A stretch of 64,000 bases of DNA from Octopus vulgaris (taxonomy: Eukaryota): positions 1,240,001 to 1,304,000 of the forward strand of contig OX597814.1 in assembly GCA_951406725.2 (NCBI GenBank), written 5' to 3'. Below the pieces are notes generated by a model that saw only the letters and a program-made list of their open reading frames with translations, was not told the origin of the DNA and searched no databases. This document shows, in pieces, positions 50,828 through 64,000 of this stretch. The translations under genes and the position numbers were made by a program. Numbering within the stretch: the first letter of the stretch is position 1; every line of letters starts with the position of its first letter.

Positions 50828-53800
50828 TTAACCCTTTCGTTACCAACCCGACAGAAACCACCTCTGGCTCTGTAGTACAAATGTTTTGTTTTTCATAAGT
50901 TTTGAATTAAAATCTTCCACCAAACCTTAGTCACAATTTATGTTCCTAACACTAGTTTAATGACAACTAAGTTAGTTTACTAAATTCTTTATTATATTTA
51001 AAATCAATTGAAAGAAACACAGAGCATCTCTACAGAAATATGGTAACAAAAGGGTTAAAGTCACCATGATATTTTTAACCCTTTTGATACCAACCTGGCT
51101 AAAACCACCTCTGGCTCTTTAGTACAAATGTCTTGTTTTCATAAGTTTTGAATTAAAATCTTCCACCAAACCTTAGTCACAATTTATGTTCCTAACACTA
51201 GTTTAATGACAACTAAGTTAGTTTACTAAATTCTTTATTATATTTAAAATCAATTGAAAGAAACACAGAGCATCTCTACAGAAATATGGTAACAAAAGGG
51301 TTAAAGTCACCATGATATTTTTAACCCTTTTGATACCAACCTGGCTAAAACCACCTCTGGCTCTTTAGTACAAATGTCTTGTTTTCATAAGTTTTGAATT
51401 AAAATCTTCCACCAAACCTTAGTCACAATTTATGTTCCTAACACTAGTTTAATGACAACTAAGTTAGTTTACTAAATTCTTTATTATATTTAAAATCAAT
51501 TGAAAGAAACACAGAGCATCTCTACAGAAATATGGTAACAAAAGGGTTAAAGTCACCATGATATTTTTAACCCTTTTGATACCAACCTGGCTAAAACCAC
51601 CTCTGGCTCTTTAGTACAAATGTCTTGTTTTCATAAGTTTTGAATTAAAATCTTCCACCAAACCTTAGTCACAATTTATGTTCCTAACACTAGTTTAATG
51701 ACAACTAAGTTAGTTTACTAAATTCTTTATTATATTTAAAATCAATTGAAAGAAACACAGAGCATCTCTACAGAAATATGGTAACAAAAGGGTTAAAGTC
51801 ACCATGATATTTTTAACCCTTTTGATACCAACCTAGCTAAAACCACCTCTGGCTCTTTAGTACAAATGTCTTGTTTTCATAAGTTTTGAATTAAAATCTT
51901 CCACCAAACCTTAGTCACAATTTATGTTCCTAACACTAGTTTAATGACAACTAAGTTAGTTTACTAAATTCTTTATTATATTTAAAATCAATTGAAAGAA
52001 ACACAGAGCATCTCTACAGAAATATGGTAACAAAAGGGTTAAAGTCACCATGATATTTTTAACCCTTTTGATACCAACCTGGCTAAAACCACCTCTGGCT
52101 CTTTAGTACAAATGTCTTGTTTTCATAAGTTTTGAATTAAAATCTTCCACCAAACCTTAGTCACAATTTATGTTCCTAACACTAGTTTAATGACAACTAA
52201 GTTATTTTACTAAATTCTTTATTATATTTAAAATCAATTGAAAGAAACACAGAGCATCTCTACAGAAATATTGTAACAAAAGGGTTAAAGTCACCATGAT
52301 ATTTTTAACCCTTTTGATACCAACCTGGCTAAAACCACCTCTGGCTCTTTAGTACAAATGTCTTGTTTTCATAAGTTTTGAATTAAAATCTTCCACCAAA
52401 CCTTAGTCACAATTTATGTTCCTAACACTAGTTTAATGATAACTAAGTTATTTTACTAAATTCTTTATTATATTTAAAATCAATTGAAAGAAACACAGAG
52501 AATCTCTACAGAAATATGGTAACAAAAGGGTTAAAGTCACCATGATATTTTTAACCCTTTTGATACCAACCTGGCTAAAACCACCTCTGGCTCTTTAGTA
52601 CAAATGTCTTGTTTTCATAAGTTTTGAATTAAAATCTTCCACCAAACCTTAGTCACAATTTATGTTCCTAACACTAGTTTAATGATAACTAAGTTATTTT
52701 ACTAAATTCTTTATTATATTTAAAATCAATTGAAAGAAACACAGAGAATCTCTACAGAAATATGGTAACAAAAGGGTTAAAGTCACCATGATATTTTTAA
52801 CCCTTTTGATACCAACCTGGCTAAAACCACCTCTGGCTCTTTAGTACAAATGTCTTGTTTTCATAAGTTTTGAATTAAAATCTTCCACCAAACCTTAGTC
52901 ACAATTTATGTTCCTAACACTAGTTTAATGATAACTAAGTTATTTTACTAAATTCTTTATTATATTTAAAATCAATTGAAAGAAACACAGAGCATCTCTA
53001 CAGAAATATGGTAACAAAAGGGTTAAAGTCACCATGATATTTTTAACCCTTTTGATACCAACCTGGCTAAAACCACCTCTGGCTCTTTAGTACAAATGTC
53101 TTGTTTTCATAAGTTTTGAATTAAAATCTTCCACCAAACCTTAGTCACAATTTATGTTCCTAACACTAGTTTAATGACAACTAAGTTATTTTACTAAATT
53201 CTTTATTATATTTAAAATTAATTGAAAGAAACACAGAGCATCTCTACAGAAATATGGTAACAAAAGGGTTAAAGTCACCATGATATTTTTAACCCTTTTG
53301 ATACCAACCTGGCTAAAACCACCTCTGGCTCTTTAGTACAAATGTCTTGTTTTCATAAGTTTTGAATTAAAATCTTCCACCAAACCTTAGTCACAATTTA
53401 TGTTCCTAACACTAGTTTAATGACAACTAAGTTAGTTTACTAAATTCTTTATTATATTTAAAATCAATTGAAAGAAACACAGAGCATCTCTACAGAAATA
53501 TGGTAACAAAAGGGTTAAAGTCACCATGATATTTTTAACCCTTTTGATACCAACCTGGCTAAAACCACCTCTGGCTCTGTAGTACAAATGTTTTGTTTTT
53601 CATAAGTTTTGAATTAAAATCTTCCACCAAACCTTAGTCACAATTTATGTTCCTAACACTAGTTTAATGATAACTAAGTTATTTTACTAAATTCTTTATT
53701 ATATTTAAAATCAATTGAAAGAAACACAGAGCATCTCTACAGAAATATGGTAACAAAAGGGTTAAAGTCACCATGATATTTTTAATCCTTTTGATACCAA

Positions 53801-56800
53801 CCTGGCTAAAACCACCTCTGGCTCTTTAGTACAAATGTCTTGTTTTCATAAGTTTTGAATTAAAATCTTCCACCAAACCTTAGTCACAATTTATGTTCCT
53901 AACACTAGTTTAATGACAACTAAGTTATTTTACTAAATTCTTTATTATATTTAAAATTAATTGAAAGAAACACAGAGCATCTCTACAGAAATATGGTAAC
54001 AAAAGGGTTAAAGTCACCATGATATTTTTAACCCTTTTGATACCAACCTGGCTAAAACCACCTCTGGCTCTTTAGTACAAATGTCTTGTTTTCATAAGTT
54101 TTGAATTAAAATCTTCCACCAAACCTTAGTCACAATTTATGTTCCTAACACTAGTTTAATGACAACTAAGTTATTTTACTAAATTCTTTATTATATTTAA
54201 AATCAATTGAAAGAAACACAGAGCATCTCTACAGAAATATGGTAACAAAAGGGTTAAAGTCACCATGATATTTTTAACCCTTTTGATACCAACCTGGCTA
54301 AAACCACCTCTGGCTCTTTAGTACAAATGTCTTGTTTTCATAAGTTTTGAATTAAAATCTTCCACCAAACCTTAGTCACAATTTATGTTCCTAACACTAG
54401 TTTAATGACAACTAAGTTAGTTTACTAAATTCTTTATTATATTTAAAATCAATTGAAAGAAACACAGAGCATCTCTACAGAAATATGGTAACAAAAGGGT
54501 TAAAGTCACCATGATATTTTTAACCCTTTTGATACCAACCTGGCTAAAACCACCTCTGGCTCTTTAGTACAAATGTCTTGTTTTCATAAGTTTTGAATTA
54601 AAATCTTCCACCAAACCTTAGTCACAATTTATGTTCCTAACACTAGTTTAATGACAACTAAGTTAGTTTACTAAATTCTTTATTATATTTAAAATCAATT
54701 GAAAGAAACACAGAGCATCTCTACAGAAATATGGTAAGAAAAGGGTTAAAGTCACCATGATATTTTTAACCCTTTTGATACCAACCTGGCTAAAACCACC
54801 TCTGGCTCTTTAGTACAAATGTCTTGTTTTCATAAGTTTTGAATTAAAATCTTCCACCAAACCTTAGTCACAATTTATGTTCCTAACACTAGTTTAATGA
54901 CAACTAAGTTAGTTTACTAAATTCTTTATTATATTTAAAATCAATTGAAAGAAACACAGAGCATCTCTACAGAAATATGGTAACAAAAGGGTTAAAGTCA
55001 CCATGATATTTTTAACCCTTTTGATACCAACCTGGCTAAAACCACCTCTGGCTCTTTAGTACAAATGTCTTGTTTTCATAAGTTTTGAATTAAAATCTTC
55101 CACCAAACCTTAGTCACAATTTATGTTCCTAACACTAGTTTAATGATAACTAAGTTATTTTACTAAATTCTTTATTATATTTAAAATCAATTGAAAGAAA
55201 CACAGAGCATCTCTACAGAAATATGGTAACAAAAGGGTTAAAGTCACCATGATATTTTTAACCCTTTTGATACCAACCTGGCTAAAACCACCTCTGGCTC
55301 TTTAGTACAAATGTCTTGTTTTCATAAGTTTTGAATTAAAATCTTCCACCAAACCTTAGTCACAATTTATGTTCCTAACACTAGTTTAATGATAACTAAG
55401 TTATTTTACTAAATTCTTTATTATATTTAAAATCAATTGAAAGAAACACAGAGCATCTCTACAGAAATATGGTAACAAAAGGGTTAAAGTCACCATGATA
55501 TTTTTAACCCTTTTGATACCAACCTGGCTAAAACCACCTCTGGCTCTTTAGTACAAATGTCTTGTTTTCATAAGTTTTGAATTAAAATCTTCCACCAAAC
55601 CTTAGTCACAATTTATGTTCCTAACACTAGTTTAATGACAACTAAGTTAGTTTACTAAATTCTTTATTATATTTAAAATCAATTGAAAGAAACACAGAGC
55701 ATCTCTACAGAAATATGGTAACAAAAGGGTTAAAGTCACCATGATATTTTTAACCCTTTTGATACCAACCTGGCTAAAACCACCTCTGGCTCTTTAGTAC
55801 AAATGTCTTGTTTTCATAAGTTTTGAATTAAAATCTTCCACCAAACCTTAGTCACAATTTATGTTCCTAACACTAGTTTAATGACAACTAAGTTAGTTTT
55901 ACTAAATTCTTTATTATATTTAAAATCAATTGAAAGAAACACAGAGCATCTCTACAGAAATATGGTAACAAAAGGGTTAAAGTCACCATGATATTTTTAA
56001 CCCTTTTGATACCAACCTGGCTAAAACCACCTCTGGCTCTTTAGTACAAATGTCTTGTTTTCATAAGTTTTGAATTAAAATCTTCCACCAAACCTTAGTC
56101 ACAATTTATGTTCCTAACACTAGTTTAATGATAACTAAGTTATTTTACTAAATTCTTTATTATATTTAAAATCAATTGAAAGAAACACAGAGCATCTCTA
56201 CAGAAATATGGTAACAAAAGGGTTAAAGTCACCATGATATTTTTAACCCTTTTGATACCAACCTGGCTAAAACCACCTCTGGCTCTTTAGTACAAATGTC
56301 TTGTTTTCATAAGTTTTGAATTAAAATCTTCCACCAAACCTTAGTCACAATTTATGTTCCTAACACTAGTTTAATGACAACTAAGTTAGTTTACTAAATT
56401 CTTTATTATATTTAAAATCAATTGAAAGAAACACAGAGCATCTCTACAGAAATATGGTAACAAAAGGGTTAAAGTCACCATGATATTTTTAACCCTTTTG
56501 ATACCAACCTGGCTAAAACCACCTCTGGCTCTTTAGTACAAATGTCTTGTTTTCATAAGTTTTGAATTAAAATCTTCCACCAAACCTTAGTCACAATTTA
56601 TGTTCCTAACACTAGTTTAATGACAACTAAGTTAGTTTACTAAATTCTTTATTATATTTAAAATCAATTGAAAGAAACACAGAGCATCTCTACAGAAATA
56701 TGGTAACAAAAGGGTTAAAGTCACCATGATATTTTTAACCCTTTTGATACCAACCTGGCTAAAACCACCTCTGGCTCTTTAGTACAAATGTCTTGTTTTC

Positions 56801-59800
56801 ATAAGTTTTGAATTAAAATCTTCCACCAAACCTTAGTCACAATTTATGTTCCTAACACTAGTTTAATGACAACTAAGTTAGTTTACTAAATTCTTTATTA
56901 TATTTAAAATCAATTGAAAGAAACACAGAGCATCTCTACAGAAATATGGTAACAAAAGGGTTAAAGTCACCATGATATTTTTAACCCTTTTGATACCAAC
57001 CTGGCTAAAACCACCTCTGGCTCTTTAGTACAAATGTCTTGTTTTCATAAGTTTTGAATTAAAATCTTCCACCAAACCTTAGTCACAATTTATGTTCCTA
57101 ACACTAGTTTAATGACAACTAAGTTAGTTTACTAAATTCTTTATTATATTTAAAATCAATTGAAAGAAACACAGAGCATCTCTACAGAAATATGGTAACA
57201 AAAGGGTTAAAGTCACCATGATATTTTTAACCCTTTTGATACCAACCTGGCTAAAACCACCTCTGGCTCTTTAGTACAAATGTCTTGTTTTCATAAGTTT
57301 TGAATTAAAATCTTCCACCAAACCTTAGTCACAATTTATGTTCCTAACACTAGTTTAATGACAACTAAGTTAGTTTACTAAATTCTTTATTATATTTAAA
57401 ATCAATTGAAAGAAACACAGAGCATCTCTACAGAAATATGGTAACAAAAGGGTTAAAGTCACCATGATATTTTTAACCCTTTTGATACCAACCTGGCTAA
57501 AACCACCTCTGGCTCTTTAGTACAAATGTCTTGTTTTCATAAGTTTTGAATTAAAATCTTCCACCAAACCTTAGTCACAATTTATGTTCCTAACACTAGT
57601 TTAATGACAACTAAGTTAGTTTACTAAATTCTTTATTATATTTAAAATCAATTGAAAGAAACACAGAGCATCTCTACAGAAATATGGTAACAAAAGGGTT
57701 AAAGTCACCATGATATTTTTAACCCTTTTGATACCAACCTGGCTAAAACCACCTCTGGCTCTTTAGTACAAATGTCTTGTTTTCATAAGTTTTGAATTAA
57801 AATCTTCCACCAAACCTTAGTCACAATTTATGTTCCTAACACTAGTTTAATGACAACTAAGTTAGTTTACTAAATTCTTTATTATATTTAAAATCAATTG
57901 AAAGAAACACAGAGCATCTCTACAGAAATATGGTAACAAAAGGGTTAAAGTCACCATGATATTTTTAACCCTTTTGATACCAACCTGCTAAAACCACCTC
58001 TGGCTCTTTAGTACAAATGTCTTGTTTTCATAAGTTTTGAATTAAAATCTTCCACCAAACCTTAGTCACAATTTATGTTCCTAACACTAGTTTAATGACA
58101 ACTAAGTTAGTTTACTAAATTCTTTATTATATTTAAAATCAATTGAAAGAAACACAGAGCATCTCTACAGAAATATGGTAACAAAAGGGTTAAAGTCACC
58201 ATGATATTTTTAACCCTTTTGATACCAACCTGGCTAAAACCACCTCTGGCTCTTTAGTACAAATGTCTTGTTTTCATAAGTTTTGAATTAAAATCTTCCA
58301 CCAAACCTTAGTCACAATTTATGTTCCTAACACTAGTTTAATGACAACTAAGTTATTTTACTAAATTCTTTATTATATTTAAAATCAATTGAAAGAAACA
58401 CAGAGCATCTCTACAGAAATATGGTAACAAAAGGGTTAAAGTCACCATGATATTTTTAACCCTTTTGATACCAACCTGGCTAAAACCACCTCTGGCTCTT
58501 TAGTACAAATGTCTTGTTTTCATAAGTTTTGAATTAAAATCTTCCACCAAACCTTAGTCACAATTTATGTTCCTAACACTAGTTTAATGACAACTAAGTT
58601 AGTTTACTAAATTCTTTATTATATTTAAAATCAATTGAAAGAAACACAGAGCATCTCTACAGAAATATGGTAACAAAAGGGTTAAAGTCACCATGATATT
58701 TTTAACCCTTTTGATACCAACCTGGCTAAAACCACCTCTGGCTCTTTAGTACAAATGTCTTGTTTTCATAAGTTTTGAATTAAAATCTTCCACCAAACCT
58801 TAGTCACAATTTATGTTCCTAACACTAGTTTAATGACAACTAAGTTATTTTACTAAATTCTTTATTATATTTAAAATCAATTGAAAGAAACACAGAGCAT
58901 CTCTACAGAAATATGGTAACAAAAGGGTTAAAGTCACCATGATATTTTTAACCCTTTTGATACCAACCTGGCTAAAACCACCTCTGGCTCTTTAGTACAA
59001 ATGTCTTGTTTTCATAAGTTTTGAATTAAAATCTTCCACCAAACCTTAGTCACAATTTATGTTCCTAACACTAGTTTAATGACAACTAAGTTAGTTTACT
59101 AAATTCTTTATTATATTTAAAATCAATTGAAAGAAACACAGAGCATCTCTACAGAAATATGGTAACAAAAGGGTTAAAGTCACCATGATATTTTTAACCC
59201 TTTTGATACCAACCTGGCTAAAACCACCTCTGGCTCTTTAGTACAAATGTCTTGTTTTTCATAAGTTTTGAATTAAAATCTTCCACCAAACCTTAGTCAC
59301 AATTTATGTTCCTAACACTAGTTTAATGATAACTAAGTTATTTTACTAAATTCTTTATTATATTTAAAATCAATTGAAAGAAACACAGAGCATCTCTACA
59401 GAAATATGGTAACAAAAGGGTTAAAGTCACCATGATATTTTTAACCCTTTTGATACCAACCTGGCTAAAACCACCTCTGGCTCTTTAGTACAAATGTCTT
59501 GTTTTCATAAGTTTTGAATTAAAATCTTCCACCAAACCTTAGTCACAATTTATGTTCCTAACACTAGTTTAATGACAACTAAGTTATTTTACTAAATTCT
59601 TTATTATATTTAAAATCAATTGAAAGAAACACAGAGCATCTCTACAGAAATATGGTAACAAAAGGGTTAAAGTCACCATGATATTTTTAACCAACTTTCT
59701 GATACCAACCTTAGTCACAATTTAGTTCTAAACCACCTCTGGCTCTTTAGTACAAATGTCTTGTTTTCATACCAACGCTAGTTTTTGAATTAAAATCTTC

Positions 59801-62800
59801 CACCAAACCTTAGTCACAATTTATGTTCCTAACACTAGTTTAATGACAACTAAGTTAGTTTACTAAATTCTTTATTATATTTAAAATCAATTGAAAGAAA
59901 CACAGAGCATCTCTACAGAAATATGGTAACAAAAGGGTTAAAGTCACCATGATATTTTTAACCCTTTTGATACCAACCTGGCTAAAACCACCTCTGGCTC
60001 TTTAGTACAAATGTCTTGTTTTCATAAGTTTTGAATTAAAATCTTCCACCAAACCTTAGTCACAATTTATGTTCCTAACACTAGTTTAATGACAACTAAG
60101 TTAGTTTACTAAATTCTTTATTATATTTAAAATCAATTGAAAGAAACACAGAGCATCTCTACAGAAATATGGTAACAAAAGGGTTAAAGTCACCATGATA
60201 TTTTTAACCCTTTTGATACCAACCTGGCTAAAACCACCTCTGGCTCTTTAGTACAAATGTCTTGTTTTCATAAGTTTTGAATTAAAATCTTCCACCAAAC
60301 CTTAGTCACAATTTATGTTCCTAACACTAGTTTAATGACAACTAAGTTAGTTTACTAAATTCTTTATTATATTTAAAATCAATTGAAAGAAACACAGAGC
60401 ATCTCTACAGAAACACAGAGCATCTCTACAGAAATATGGTAACAAAAGGGTTAAAGTCACCATGATATTTTTAACCCTTTTGATACCAACCTGGCTAAAA
60501 CCACCTCTGGCTCTTTAGTACAAATGTCTTGTTTTCATAAGTTTTGAATTAAAATCTTCCACCAAACCTTAGTCACAATTTATGTTCCTAACACTAGTTT
60601 AATGACAACTAAGTTAGTTTACTAAATTCTTTATTATATTTAAAATCAATTGAAAGAAACACAGAGCATCTCTACAGAAATATGGTAACAAAAGGGTTAA
60701 AGTCACCATGATATTTTTAACCCTTTTGATACCAACCTGGCTAAAACCACCTCTGGCTCTTTAGTACAAATGTCTTGTTTTCATAAGTTTTGAATTAAAA
60801 TCTTCCACCAAACCTTAGTCACAATTTATGTTCCTAACACTAGTTTAATGACAACTAAGTTAGTTTACTAAATTCTTTATTATATTTAAAATCAATTGAA
60901 AGAAACACAGAGCATCTCTACAGAAATATGGTAATAAAAGGGTTAAAGTCACCATGATATTTTTAACCCTTTTGATACCAACCTGGCTAAAACCACCTCT
61001 GGCTCTTTAGTACAAATGTCTTGTTTTCATAAGTTTTGAATTAAAATCTTCCACCAAACCTTAGTCACAATTTATGTTCCTAACACTAGTTTAATGACAA
61101 CTAAGTTAGTTTACTAAATTCTTTATTATATTTAAAATCAATTGAAAGAAACACAGAGCATCTCTACAGAAATATGGTAACAAAAGGGTTAAAGTCACCA
61201 TGATATTTTTAACCCTTTTGATACCAACCTGGCTAAAACCACCTCTGGCTCTTTAGTACAAATGTCTTGTTTTCATAAGTTTTGAATTAAAATCTTCCAC
61301 CAAACCTTAGTCACAATTTATGTTCCTAACACTAGTTTAATGACAACTAAGTTAGTTTACTAAATTCTTTATTATATTTAAAATCAATTGAAAGAAACAC
61401 AGAGCATCTCTACAGAAATATGGTAACAAAAGGGTTAAAGTCACCATGATATTTTTAACCCTTTTGATACCAACCTGGCTAAAATCACCTCTGGCTCTTT
61501 AGTACAAATGTCTTGTTTTCATAAGTTTTGAATTAAAATCTTCCACCAAACCTTAGTCACAATTTATGTTCCTAACACTAGTTTAATGACAACTAAGTTA
61601 GTTTACTAAATTCTTTATTATATTTAAAATCAATTGAAAGAAACACAGAGCATCTCTACAGAAATATGGTAACAAAAGGGTTAAAGTCACCATGATATTT
61701 TTAACCCTTTTGATACCAACCTGGCTAAAACCACCTCTGGCTCTTTAGTACAAATGTCTTGTTTTCATAAGTTTTGAATTAAAATCTTCCACCAAACCTT
61801 AGTCACAATATATGTTCCTAACACTAGTTTAATGATAACTAAGTTATTTTACTAAATTCTTTATTATATTTAAAATCAATTGAAAGAAACACAGAGCATC
61901 TCTACAGAAATATGGTAACAAAAGGGTTAAAGTCACCATGATATTTTTAACCCTTTTGATACCAACCTGGCTAAAACCACCTCTGGCTCTTTAGTACAAA
62001 TGTCTTGTTTTCATAAGTTTTGAATTAAAATCTTCCACCAAACCTTAGTCACAATTTATGTTCCTAACACTAGTTTAATGACAACTAAGTTAGTTTACTA
62101 AATTCTTTATTATATTTAAAATCAATTGAAAGAAACACAGAGCATCTCTACAGAAATATGGTAACAAAAGGGTTAAAGTCACCATGATATTTTTAACCCT
62201 TTTGATACCAACCTGGCTAAAATCACCTCTGGCTCTTTAGTACAAATGTCTTGTTTTCATAAGTTTTGAATTAAAATCTTCCACCAAACCTTAGTCACAA
62301 TTTATGTTCCTAACACTAGTTTAATGATAACTAAGTTATTTTACTAAATTCTTTATTATATTTAAAATCAATTGAAAGAAACACAGAGCATCTCTACAGA
62401 AATATGGTAACAAAAGGGTTAAAGTCACCATGATATTTTTAACCCTTTTGATACCAACCTGGCTAAAACCACCTCTGGCTCTTTAGTACAAATGTCTTGT
62501 TTTCATAAGTTTTGAATTAAAATCTTCCACCAAACCTTAGTCACAATTTATGTTCCTAACACTAGTTTAATGATAACTAAGTTATTTTACTAAATTCTTT
62601 ATTATATTTAAAATCAATTGAAAGAAACACAGAGCATCTCTACAGAAATATGGTAACAAAAGGGTTAAAGTCACCATGATATTTTTAACCCTTTTGATAT
62701 CAACCTGGCTAAAACCACCTCTGGCTCTTTAGTACAAATGTCTTGTTTTCATAAGTTTTGAATTAAAATCTTCCACCAAACCTTAGTCACAATTTATGTT

Positions 62801-64000
62801 CCTAACACTAGTTTAATGACAACTAAGTTAGTTTACTAAATTCTTTATTATATTTAAAATTAATTGAAAGAAACACAGAGCATCTCTACAGAAATATGGT
62901 AACAAAAGGGTTAAAGTCACCATGATATTTTTAACCCTTTTGATACCAACCTGGCTAAAACCACCTCTGGCTCTTTAGTACAAATGTCTTGTTTTCATAA
63001 GTTTTGAATTAAAATCTTCCACCAAACCTTAGTCACAATTTATGTTCCTAACACTAGTTTAATGACAACTAAGTTATTTTACTAAATTCTTTATTATATT
63101 TAAAATCAATTGAAAGAAACACAGAGCATCTCTACAGAAATATGGTAACAAAAGGGTTAAAGTCACCATGATATTTTTAACCCTTTTGATACCAACCTGG
63201 CTAAAACCACCTCTGGCTCTTTAGTACAAATGTCTTGTTTTCATAAGTTTTGAATTAAAATCTTCCACCAAACCTTAGTCACAATTTATGTTCCTAACAC
63301 TAGTTTAATGACAACTAAGTTAGTTTACTAAATTCTTTATTATATTTAAAATTAATTGAAAGAAACACAGAGCATCTCTACAGAAATATGGTAACAAAAG
63401 GGTTAAAGTCACCATGATATTTTTAACCCTTTTGATACCAACCTGGCTAAAACCACCTCTGGCTCTTTAGTACAAATGTCTTGTTTTCATAAGTTTTGAA
63501 TTAAAATCTTCCACCAAACCTTAGTCACAATTTATGTTCCTAACACTAGTTTAATGATAACTAAGTTATTTTACTAAATTCTTTATTATATTTAAAATCA
63601 ATTGAAAGAAACACAGAGCATCTCTACAGAAATATGGTAACAAAAGGGTTAAAGTCACCATGATATTTTTAACCCTTTTGATACCAACCTGGCTAAAACC
63701 ACCTCTGGCTCTTTAGTACAAATGTCTTGTTTTCATAAGTTTTGAATTAAAATCTTCCACCAGACCTTAGTCACAATTTATGTTCCTAACACTAGTTTAA
63801 TGACAACTAAGTTAGTTTACTAAATTCTTTATTATATTTAAAATTAATTGAAAGAACCACAGAGCATCTCTACAGAAATATGGTAACAAAAGGGTTAAAG
63901 TCACCATGATATTTTTAACCCTTTTGATACCAACCTGGCTAAAACCACCTCTGGCTCTTTAGTACAAATGCCTTGTTTTCATAAGTTTTGAATTAAAATC
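50828..64000. repeat. Tandem satellite with a 246-bp monomer (~53 copies, runs off the window), derived from a piggyBac-type MITE
   Basis: TCACCATGAT recurs at 51061 and 51307 (period 246). Each unit is TTAA-CCCTTTTGATACC...GGTAACAAAAGGG-TTAA plus the spacer AGTCACCATGATATTT. Confidence 0.97.

Noticed and set aside
50828-64000. Satellite as a CRISPR array or coding repeat
   Set aside because: The spacer is invariant, no ORF of 60 aa or more is present, and the context is eukaryotic.

Overview
AT-rich, microsatellite- and retroelement-dense eukaryotic DNA, not prokaryotic. The SINE/RTE repertoire strongly resembles an Octopus (coleoid cephalopod) genome; that assignment is an inference from recalled repeat families. 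Host genes: (1) a compact minus-strand CDC26 (APC/C subunit) gene at 26625-26915; (2) four phase-compatible plus-strand exons at 45019-50126, largely missed by the ORF track, that splice into a ROC (Roco, MFHAS1-like) GTPase-fold domain with degenerate G1-G4 motifs, i.e. a probable pseudo-GTPase. The last 13 kb (50828-64000) is a homogeneous 246-bp satellite made of head-to-tail copies of a TTAA-flanked piggyBac-type MITE, apparently inside an intron of the Roco-like gene. Mobile elements include a decayed RTE LINE, CR1-group LINE 3' ends, a Penelope-like RT fragment, three tRNA-derived SINE families, RTE 3' elements with internal ~59-bp arrays and several MITEs. There is also a tRNA-His pseudogene. 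The most unusual signal is at least four unrelated families of minimal type-I hammerhead ribozyme motifs, mostly in foldback elements carrying a ribozyme on each strand, one of them fused to a tRNA-like Pol III head. All coordinates were read by eye, and repeat boundaries are approximate.
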